Source: Eledone cirrhosa (taxonomy: Eukaryota). Taken from it: DNA of 64,000 nucleotides. Location of the stretch: the NCBI GenBank assembly GCA_964016885.1, contig OZ024741.1:139252001-139316000 (forward strand), read 5' to 3'. The translations under genes were made by a program, and so were the position numbers. Of the stretch, positions 53,501 to 64,000 are shown in pieces. The notes below the pieces were generated by a model. The model was not told where the DNA came from and made no database searches. It saw only the letters and a program-made list of their open reading frames with translations. Numbering within the stretch: the first letter of the stretch is position 1; each line of letters starts with the position of its first letter.

Positions 53501-56245
53501 TGCTCTGAAAAGAGCGATTAGAATAGAGTCCATTAGGTTTAGTAAGGCTTTAGCAATAGAGAAACATAGAGCAGAGGGAGAACTAGTTTGAAAATTGGAC
53601 GAGGCGCTTAGTTAAGGGAATCGCGACCGACTTAATTACGGCGAAATTGGGAAGAAAGCCGTTCAATGGGCCAGAGTGGCGGAGGCGTGTCGCTGCAACA
53701 AAGCCTCAATCCGGTCTTTGGTGGACCACAACGGGCGCATGCTACTCGATCCCGGGCAAATGTGTGAAGCTTTTAAACGACACTTCGCTCAACTGTTCGG
53801 GGGCAGCAGCGGGCCGAATCGAGGGATGGACTTTAGTCCCTACATCGTCGGACTGCCGCGGCTCTCGGTCACTGAGGCGGAGTGTTGTGAAAAGCCGATA
53901 ACAGCCGCTGAAGTACGGGTAGCAATGACTGCTGCCTGCACAATGGGTAAATATCCTGGTTTGGATGGTCTGCCCTACGACGTATACGTACATATGCCAG
54001 ACTTGTTCGGAGACCACTTGGCGGACGTCTACTGCAACTGGCAACAGAACGGGAGAATTCCCAGCTCTGTGAGCCAAGGAGCGGTGGCGCTGCTGAGAAA
54101 AGAATCGAACAAGGGGATAACATAGATAATTACAGGCCCATAACTCTCCTAAACACTGAGTTCAAGATTTTGGCCAAGGTGCTAGCAAAGAGGTTGACGC
54201 TTCTCGTTGTTGGTCTGGTGGGCGAGGCGCAGACATGCGCCTTTCCAGACAGATCCCTCCACGATAACCTCCAACCTATGCGATACATCGTGGAGAGGGT
54301 AACTAGGGAACCTGGTACGGGTGGGTTCTTGATCAATTTCGATAAGTCGAAAGCTTTAGTTATCTGGCGGCAGTCCATAGGGCGGCTAGCTTTGGGCCCG
54401 TCTTCAGAGGCTGGATCGCTGCCATGCACAGCGACATCTGCTCTGTGGTGAGAGTGAACGGTCACCTTTCGGAACCGTTCAACATCATGCACTCGGTCCG
54501 CCAAGGATGTCCCCTTTCGTCCCTGTTGTACGATTTGACTCTCGAGCCGTTACTGCAGAAACTGAAGACGTTGAGGGGAATCCACGCGAACTAGGATGCG
54601 GAAGATCCATGTCAGCATATACGGAAGATGTCACCGTAGTGGTGTAGAACGCCAAACACATTGAGGCGATCGGCACTACACGAACAGAATACGAGGCGGT
54701 GACAGCAACAATGATCAACCAGGAAAAGTCGGTCGGCTTGTAGCTAGGCACATGGAGAAGCTAGTCCATGCCGTCCAACAGCGTACTAGGGAACTGGACG
54801 GAAGGACTAGTTAAATTGCTAGGGGTCTCGTTCGGTACGGACCTCCAGACGGATCTCCAGATGGACCTCCAGACGGACAAAAACTGGGACGAGGTGACGA
54901 ACAGGGTGGCTTCTCTCACCCAGAAATGGGCAGAGAGGAAGCTATCCCTGAAAGGTCGAGCGGAGGTGGCGAATGCATACATCGCGTCCGTGATCTACTA
55001 CCGCCTGACCGCCGTGTCTTGTCCTAAGCCTCGCGTGACTGCGCTGGTGCGTTTTCTCTTTCGCTTTTTGTGGAAGGGACGCGCTCCGATGGTCAGGCGG
55101 TTCATCTTCTGTCAACACCCGCTACGTGGAGGGCTGGGAATGCCGTGGCTGGTGATGCGCAGACACGCGCTCAGGCTAAGACATCTCCACCTCTTCCTCG
55201 ACGGTGATCAGGTGTGGTCGCGGTTGCTAGACGCGTCTTTCCCCAGCACGTCTCCTTGACGGAGCTGCAGACCTGGGTCAAGCGAAGACCGAGAGGGAGC
55301 GCTTGGAGACTGGCATGTCTTCAGGCGCTCACAGCCCTCGACCAATCGGGCAATATGAACGGTGGAAACTCCAGCTTGGTGTTCTATAGAGGATTAATAG
55401 AAGGGATGAGCAACGACGTACTTGGGGAAACTCTAGCCGTCGACGAATATCAACTAGCCAATCTCTTCGGAAGAACTTTCAGGCCAGGGCCTATGGACAA
55501 CTTCCAGAAATCCTTGGCCTGGTAATGCTACCGAGAAGCTTTGCCAGTTCAGGATAAATTCTACAGGCATGGAAATGCCGTCAGCCGGGCATGTCCGAAA
55601 TGCGCGCAAGGCGACGAAACCGTCCTGCACGCACTCCTCCAGTGTCCGGGCATTGCTGACTTGTGGGTTTATGTCGAACACCTGCTGTCGCGTGTAGGAC
55701 GGATCCGGCTATCAGCTGAGTCTATCGTGAGGATTGGCCCGCTACCTTCCTTTAGCCAGGAAGGGCAGGCAATTTTTATCTATCTGGTGGCCATGGCGAA
55801 AGAGATAGTATGGTGGACGCGTTTGAAAGAGCTGAATACGAGCACTTACCTCTTCAGTGATGCCCTGATTAACTTTTTCAAATTTAATTTGAAAAGTAAA
55901 ATCAGGGTAGAGAGGGAAGTGCTCTCTTCCCAGCATTTTGTTCCAAGATGAGTCAAGAATGGCCCGATGGGCCTATTCTGAGTATGTGTCTGTAAATTAA
56001 AGGTGGAAAACTGGGAGAAGGCACTTGCCCTGGTGGTCAGGGTCACCATGGGTTTTTAATGGGCTTTCTTCACAATGGACCTCGTAAGTGCCCCCCCCCC
56101 CCCCCTACTGGGGAAATCTCTGTTCTTGTCTTTTTTACAGACCGAAATGCCCATTTGTACCGTCCTGTATTGTCCTCTATTGTCCTGTATTGTCCTTAAT
56201 GCCCTACTTTGCGTAAACTCATGTGGTTAATAAAGAAAGCATTAT
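50503..56245 (+). mobile_element. Full-length but degraded Tx1/L1-like LINE (ORF1, APE, RT, CCHC) flanked by (ATT)n
   Basis: ORF1 remnant with knuckle-like CLVFGEGTHPKAFC; EN VAISET and SYLDRVF; RT PGLDGLP, NYRPITLLNTEFKILAKVLAKRL and VRQGCPLS; CPKC..ETVLHALLQC. Confidence 0.88.
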
Positions 56246-56249
56246 TATT

Positions 56250-56362
56250 ATTCAAATCCCACCACGGTTAACTTTGCTTTTCATGCTTACGGGATCGATA
56301 ACATAAAGTGCCAGTAATGCACTGGGTATTTTCCGGCCTTGTGCCGAAAGTAGAAACAATTA
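56250..56362 (+). mobile_element. 5'-truncated SINE (major family)
   Basis: ttcaaatcccacc...gaaacaattatt. Confidence 0.8.
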
Positions 56363-56559
56363 TTATTATTATATATATATATGTGTGTGTGTGAGTTTGT
56401 GTGTGCACGTGCGGGGTGGTGGTGGCGGTGCCTTCTTACGTTTCTTTGCATGTGTGTGTATTTCTCTGATACCAGTTTAACAAGATAATGATTTATATAT
56501 AAAGAACCAGGCATGAAAGAGTAAGTACTGCCTGGTCATATTGCTAGCTGAGAAGATTA

Positions 56560-57060
56560 GGGCTACGGGGAATAAAATTCCTTGCACAAGGTTACATCTG
56601 AACGCCTTGCTACCCTGGGCATGGATACATTGAAGCTCGGACGTCTGGCAACTGACTTGGCAAACACTCACAAAATTATAAACCATATTGCCAACAACCC
56701 TGAGCACCTTTTTGATTTCCCTGTGTCTAACACACGTGGGCATGCCTACAAAGTCAGAACACAGCACAGCTCCCATGACTTTGGGAAACATTATTTCACG
56801 CTCAGAGTTACTGAAGCATTGAACAAACTACCTGCATCAGTTGTTAGCTGTCGAGACACTGCATCCTTTAAAGCATTCATGCTTCCTGAAATTCGCCAAC
56901 ACTACACCTGATATCCTACCCCCTCCCTGCACACGCACGCATTTTTTTTGTGACGCATACACTGCTCATTTTCCTGACATTTGAACATTATTCTATGTAC
57001 TATACATGCATCTTTGATCAGTTGTAGTGCACCTGAGCACTGTACACAATCAGTTCATTA
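56560..57060 (+). mobile_element. 3' fragment of a CR1-type LINE
   Basis: ERLATLGMDTL..R..DL..HKI, NTRGHAYKV, FTLRVTEALNKLP..VV. Confidence 0.8.
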
Positions 57061-57061
57061 T

Positions 57062-57245
57062 TGGCTGTATCGGTAGAGGGTCGGGACGCCATGCTTTGCA
57101 GCAAGGAGTTACGGTCCTTTATGGTCCGAGTTCAAATCCCGCCGAGGTTAACTTTGCCATTCATCCTTGCGGGGTCGATAAAATAAATTACCAGTAATAC
57201 ACTGGGACAATTGCTGGCCTTCTACCAGAAGTAGAAACAATTATT
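57062..57245 (+). mobile_element. tRNA-derived SINE with (ATT)n tail
   Basis: Full head with B box gagttcaaatccc. Confidence 0.88.
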
Positions 57246-58098
57246 ATTATTAATTTTATCTTGGCTAAAGCTTGGTCAGCTATTTTAAATCACATTACAT
57301 GATACAACGCAAATCCATAAGGTTGGTCCACCTAAACCCACACACACACACACAGACACATTCATACAGAGATATTTTTAATTAAATCAAGATGAAGCGG
57401 CGAATACACTTAATGGGGTAAATTAGATACATTTACACGGGGGTTACACTAATTTTGAAAAAAAGTTCTTGCTTGATTTGTTGCGAAAATGCAGCCGAAG
57501 CTCCCACAGGTGTGTTTTCTAAAGTAAAAAAAAAAAACGATAAGAAATGTTATATGAGTTCTACTTACCATGGACGGAACAGAAAAGTTATTCCTATGGC
57601 AGGAATTCATGTGTTAATGCATCAACGCTGTTGCTTACTCTTTCTTACTTCCTGTAACCTATTTCATCGGCCTCACTTCCACATCAGGGTCCAATTCAAT
57701 CGTCCTTTCCTACTAGTCAGACGTGGGTAACTAGCTGTACTTGCAACGCCTCGTTGTTCTGCGCTGGTTATTGTTTTACACTGAGGGATGGAGAGCAGTC
57801 TAACTGTGTATATTCATACTTGATAGGTTTAAACTTTGTTCATTTGTTTTCTCTTCCTGAATTACATATATTTACTGTTAAGCAAGGTATTCATTCATGT
57901 CTAAACGTTTCCCCTGTTTATTTTCCAAATGATATTATACCAATTTTACCAGTCCTATCTAAGTTCGGGTAAAATTGTGAAAAAGTCCTAGGAAATATTT
58001 CCTTGTTGCACTTGTTTTAATTGCACTCTCTTTGCACCTGTTGATTATATGTTAGCACAGATTCCTAAATAGCAGACACACACACGCACACACACATT

Positions 58099-58202
<104 letters not shown>

Positions 58203-59630
58203 TTCTCATATATATATATGTGTGTGTGTATATATGAATTTTAATCAATAAATGCGAATGTGTGTAAGTATATCTCCTTAGTATGCAGGTTCATAGATTT
58301 GCCTAATTTTGAGACTATATCTTAGATTACAGAGATAGTGTACCCATGCCACGTACTGTATATTTAAATGAATAAACCACAAAATCATATATGTAGTTTC
58401 AGCTTCATATATCCTTCATGTGTGGCGAGAAACGTATTCACATTTAGTAGGTATTTTGCAACACTGTCCTTTCACAGACCAGAGAAAATGGCGTATCAAA
58501 ACTCAGATAAAATAGATTCCTTCGAATGCGGTCTAGGTCTGAATCTCGACGGAGGTGCTGTGCTAGACTATTCGAGAAATACGTCTGCGTATGTCTCGTA
58601 TCTCAACTTTGTTTACATAAGATGGGTGTCACCTTATTGCTTTGTGAAAAAGAGATGCGTTATTTTATTAATTTATCTATACCGAAATGCCTGTGTGAGG
58701 TCCTCTAAACAGTAAACCAAAGATACAATTTTCTGGTTTGTGCGTGTCTCTGTTTATGTATGTATGTCTCTAGTTTGTGTTCTGGTTAAATGCACATGTA
58801 TGTTCTCTTGCTACATTCTTCTCCCTTTTAACTGCAAATATATGTTTATATTACTTCTATGATTTAGTATTTTATCACACGCACGCACTCATACACTCTT
58901 GCTTCTATTCCAAGTTAAATTGAAATATACAATAACAACCTAAAGCCAAACATTAAACAAACAAAAACTAAAGCTGCAAAACAGTTTGTGAAGGTTCAAA
59001 GATAAAAAGTATTTCAATCTTTTACTCTTCTAACATGAATGAATACACAAAAAGTTTTCTGATGAGAACTGAATTTTTTTTTACATGAATTGAAAAAGTA
59101 ATTTAGAGGGGAGGAGCTTGTATAATGATATATATAATATATATATATATGTGTGTGTGTGTGTGTTTACAAAATATTACCAGAGAAAAGAGAAATATGT
59201 TTGTTATATGTATTTTTATAGTATATTTCTACGCATTGGTCTGTTCGTTGAAAGCAAATATCTGAATAAATGGCAAATATCTATCCCTTGAGTTTAAAAT
59301 CTAGACATTTTCCGTAAAAAAGAAGAAAAACGTTCGCATCGCTTCTATAGAAGAGTAGATTTATTCATTTCTAGATTTGATTGCTTGGTTTGGAAACAGT
59401 ACCGTTTTGTCTTTTCCTTCTTCACTCATATAATCTTGGGGGAACGGGTCATTGATCAGACTTCTCAGACAAGCCTTCTAGAGGCCCCTATTAGATCACC
59501 AAGCTAGACCAGCCGAGCTGATAGTTGTTATCCAACCAGCTTTATCGTGGTCTATCTATCATCAGTTCACCTGCATTTTCTTTGGAGGTAAATTGTGCAG
59601 CGCCCTTTTCTTAGACATTCTAACCACTTG

Positions 59631-59704
<74 letters not shown>

Positions 59705-60402
59705 TCCCCCTTTCTCTCTATATATATATACATATTACGTGTGTGTATATTGTGTGTACATATATGAGAAATATATACATATAGAAACTAAATTAAATAT
59801 TATTTAATTAGTTTTACGGAATTATTAACATGTCTGGGCTAATTAGATCAATCTGAAGAATTATAATGTCAGAAAAGTTCACGTGACACAATATTTTGGT
59901 TTGTTACAAACAGCTAATTTCATTAAAGTGAAGAATCAATCGATATATATTAATGATATTAAAGCAATTGAACATATATTAATTAATTATTATATTCTTG
60001 AAATAATTCCTTCTCAGAATGACATTTAATACAATAAAAAAAGATAATGATTTATAAATGGAAAGAAACAAAATACTAAAAAATAATGCGTGTGTCATTG
60101 CTTCCTTTATAACATTATGTATTCTGTTGTAGACATTCGTACGTACTTCTATGCTTAGATAAATATGTATGTGTGCGGTTACTTACATACACACACATAC
60201 ACACACACACCAACACAACCCCTTCCACAGACACACACACATACATACACACATACACAGATATATTAAACGAATATGTAGACCTTGTAGCCATCTCATA
60301 TCATAGAAAGTATATAATAGTGTGTGTGCTTAAGAAACAAAGGAGAGAGAAATATATCGAAGAGGCAAACGAAACAAGGACATCTATTGCCACACACACA
60401 TA

Positions 60403-60454
<52 letters not shown>

Positions 60455-60473
60455 ATATATATATACACACACA

Positions 60474-60550
<77 letters not shown>

Positions 60551-60554
<4 letters not shown>

Positions 60555-60765
60555 TTATTAAAATAACAGATTAAAGTTTAAGCAAAGAATCGCTGCTTTG
60601 TTAGTTTCAGAAGATCCCGTTAAGGGTGAAAGCAGCGATTCTTTGCTTAAACTTTAATCTGTTATTTTAATAAATATTTGCTCTACGGTTCTTATATATT
60701 TGATATATATTTTCCTTATCGAGCCTTCTTTGGATTTTAGTCTTCAATTTTATTATTATTACTAT
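60551..60765 (+). mobile_element. U4A-hammerhead repeat copy 4 (motif 60603-60653) with 5' fold-back (60551-60599 / 60629-60677)
   Basis: A 49-bp perfect inverted copy of the 3' half of the ribozyme precedes it; (TA)n on both sides. Confidence 0.75.
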
Positions 60766-60781
60766 ATATGTATATATATAT

Positions 60782-60910
60782 GTTTGTGGTAGGGTTGGAA
60801 GAGTCCTGAAGTGAGGTTAAGTGTAACATCTAGAAAATTAACTATCTTCAAGTTTTCTTGAAACAGTATACTTAAGTTTATGATGTTGAAGAATTTGCTT
60901 AGTCTTTCCT
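60782..60910 (-). pseudogene. Inverted fragment of a Penelope-like RT
   Basis: Minus-strand translation ERLSKFFNIINLSILFQENLKIVNFLDVTLNLTSGLFQPYHK. Confidence 0.75.
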
Positions 60911-63066
60911 CACCCTCACTATCATACTATTATTATGGACCGACACAGTAAACAAAATGTCGTCACGTTAAGCGCCATCTTAGACAAATGCTTCCATAGA
61001 TCACATAGATACTATAACATATTCAATAGGAATACCATCAAGCTGTCCTACTCCACAACCAGTAACATAGCTCAGAATATAGCTAAGATGAATTATAGTA
61101 GACTTAGCACAGCCCAAGGCGGGATGATACATGGCAGAACTAATGGCAGCTCTATGGATGAACGGACTCATACGCGTGAGAACTTACCCATAGAGCAGAC
61201 AATAACTGAGACCCGACACCAAAGGTGCCGTGGTTCCTCTGGAACTACTCAGGTCGATAATAGAAAATGTAATTGCAGGAACACCGCCACTTGCCCCATG
61301 GCTGGGAAATGCCTCACCAAAAACATAGTCTACGACTGTAAGGTCTCCATTTTAGACAGAACCTTCAGGTATATTGGGGCAACTGCCACAGAATTTAAGG
61401 ATAGATGGTATAATCTCAGCGCCATTCCTTTAATAGATTAGATGAAAAAAATAGCACGGCGCTTTCTGAATTAGTCTGGAAGCTTAAACAACAGAATGTA
61501 GAGCACTCCTTATCCTGGTCCATAATTTGCTCGGCCCAGCCATATAACGGCAGCACGGGTGTCTGTAATTTATGTATAGCTGAAACCTTTAATATTATTA
61601 TATGCGGCCCCCTATTAATCATTAGGAGAGCGAATTCTTTCATCAATTGCCAACATAGAACCTCGAAAACCTACAGCAGAATTTTTGGAAAGTAACCTAC
61701 CACTAACTCCTCCCTTTTTTACATTAGCCATAGTGTTCTCTCAATTAGCAAACACAGACAATCACACACTCAGGTAGCAGACAGCTACGATCGTTGGCGC
61801 ACTTACAAACGGTACTCGGTTTGTTTCCACAAAGTTCTCACAGCTGAGTGCACATTTACCACCACTTGAGAATACCGAGTTAGTAAATAGTTAGAATGAT
61901 TACATACTCAGTTAAGATCGATTATGCGCATTCACCACGACTTTGGAATACCCTACTCATTGAGTTCTCTCGCTTAGTAAATACTTAGACGGATTACATA
62001 CTCAGTTAAGACCGATTACGCTCTTTATATATGACTCTACACACAGTACCCGGTTTCTTTAGACACAGAGTACCCAGAGATATGACTGGTCACGATCCTA
62101 TCAATTGAACACAACACTAGGTTTTGATCCGTGATCATCTAACCATGGAGTACTCACGGTTACTGATGTGGACAATATTACTTATACACCATTAATGGGC
62201 TTACACACATCCTCGGGGTTTTGCTATTCTTTTTTATTTTATTTTATTTTATTTCAGTGTTGGGTAACACACCTCCACCACTCAAACACCTATCTTAAAA
62301 GCCCAAGGGTGCCTATGACGGGAAAACGCACATACTGATACCTTACCTCAAATACCCAACCCTACACAAAGTCCCTTGGTGGCCTACATGGCCGTTGCTT
62401 GCACGAACACATTTGGGGACTCAGATTGTCAATGGGACAACGGCGCATACAGAGTTCGATATGAGCTGACTACTTGCTCTTCACATGGACGTGTATATAC
62501 CAAAACATACACTATTTAGATGATACGGATGTTATAATTCAATCGATACACGTATATAAAAACATTGAACTGAATTTACTTGCGGTTGACACAATTTCAC
62601 GAATTTACATCGTCAAATTGAGATTTGACCAATATAACATTCACTTTCGGTGAATACTATGTTGGTATATTTATATTTTTACTTCGACCTTGCGTCGGTG
62701 TGTGTGAGTGTGTGTGTACACACTCACACTAACTGTGACAGACTGTAATTCTGAAGATTTGATGTTGAGATTAGACCCGTCCAGCGTCTTTTACAGCTAC
62801 TGAGGATAGAGACGTGATAGTTTTATTACCCTAACTGAACAGTCTGCGAGTTTTGGCTTTTTAATCTTCATATGGGGGACAAAACTCTAGTGAGTGAACA
62901 TCGTTAAAAGTTCTCGCGCATTTCAAGGATTTGAAGACAATTCATTTTCACCTGACGAGTTCAGTGATAATCGATCATGGCCACACGATCGAGCTATCTC
63001 TTATTGAAACATGTGTCGTGATTAAAACGATTGGACATTTATACCATGCCTTCGGATCTTTATTTT

Positions 63067-63070
<4 letters not shown>
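60910..63070 (+). mobile_element. Penelope-like element 3' part: GIY-YIG endonuclease (60935-about 61695, frameshift near 61415), long 3' UTR, hammerhead, (TA)n
   Basis: IFNRNTIKLSYS, CNCR..CPMAGKCLTKNIVY..YIGAT..FKDRW, then STALSELVWKLK..CNLC..E in another frame. Confidence 0.85.
62948..63021 (+). ncRNA. Type I hammerhead motif with extended stem II
   Basis: tcac-CTGACGA-...tcgatc/gatcga...-GAAAC-atgt-GTC-gtga-(attaaa). Confidence 0.75.
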
Positions 63071-63122
<52 letters not shown>

Positions 63123-63130
63123 TATATATT

Positions 63131-63501
63131 TATAATAGAATATAAAAGAAAAACGAACACAGACATATACATATATGTGTTCAAATCGTAAGTCACCGGA
63201 TTCACTAAGATTAAAAGAATACTAACTATAGACAATTGGGTTTGCCTGTGTCAATTTAAGAAAAAATTAAGAAAATAAATACAAACGTGAATTGTGGTAA
63301 CTACCAATCACCCAGAATGTTAATTGTGAATAGAGTTACCAATTCAAGGTCATTTATTTTCTTAATTTTTTCTTAAATTGAGACAAGCAAACCCAATTGT
63401 CTATAGTTAGTATACTTTTCACCGTAGTGAATCCGGCACCTCACGATTTGAACACATATATGTATATGTCTGTGTTCGTTTTTCTTTTATATTCTATTAT
63501 A
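63131..63501. repeat. 150-bp inverted repeat pair (63131-63280 / 63352-63501) among (TA)n tracts
   Basis: tataatagaatataaaagaaaaacgaacacagac... is mirrored by ...gtctgtgttcgtttttcttttatattctattata. Confidence 0.92.
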
Positions 63502-63583
63502 ATATACGGCTCGGAAATATCTCTTCCTTAGAGCTATTTTGTTGTAAGAGACTAATTTGAGTTCCTAACTCAATATATACCTT

Positions 63584-63620
<37 letters not shown>

Positions 63621-64000
63621 TACTTGGGGAGGGTCATATTTGTGTAATATTGCCAGAATTAATAACAGAACACACTCACTGTTTGGTTGGCTTTCGCTTC
63701 TCGCTTCTGTGTCTTTTATATCGGTAATCTAACTTACTCGGTCCTCAATGTTGCCATTGACTGACCGACGGTCAAAAATAATACAGATCCAATATACACA
63801 CAAACACATATATATAGTTTATCATAAATTTTTCGTTGCACATCTGCAACATCCTCACTGGTGTTATCGTTTCCTCCTGTTGTGCTATATGTCTACGCCA
63901 TTTTTATTCACTCTGTCTATATATTTATTTATTTATTTGCTTGATTGTTTATTTTATTTTGTCTTCTAGTGCATGCGTTTGTGTGTAGTGTTTTGTTTGC

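Noticed and set aside
54840-54876. 12-bp triplication (DLQT/DLQM/DLQT) in the Tx1-like ORF2; other local tandem duplications at about 10391-10475, 14718-14784 and 34826-34899
   Set aside because: Ordinary slippage duplications; absent from the second Tx1-like copy

Overview
This is eukaryotic, AT-rich, microsatellite-saturated DNA with no intact host gene that I can support. The SINE and LINE repertoire resembles what I recall from octopus/cephalopod genomes, which is an inference and not a search result. The window contains: (i) a nest of R4/Dong-like RLE-type non-LTR retrotransposons of two families inserted in (TAA)n at about 37.2-49.8 kb, including one nearly intact copy with a single frameshift; (ii) two Tx1/L1-like APE-type LINE copies bounded by (ATT)n; (iii) two Penelope-like elements (RT plus GIY-YIG) with inversions; (iv) CR1-like and RTE-like relics and many tRNA-derived SINEs. 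The most interesting layer is invisible to the ORF track. At least a dozen type I hammerhead-ribozyme motifs from several unrelated sequence families sit beside (TA)n tracts, many at the centre of short fold-back palindromes. One four-copy family has an unusual CAGAAGA (U4A) core. A cryptic reading frame of about 195 aa with an NLS-like motif is restored when a SINE and one target-site duplication are removed. All RNA folds were done by eye and coordinates of degraded elements are approximate.
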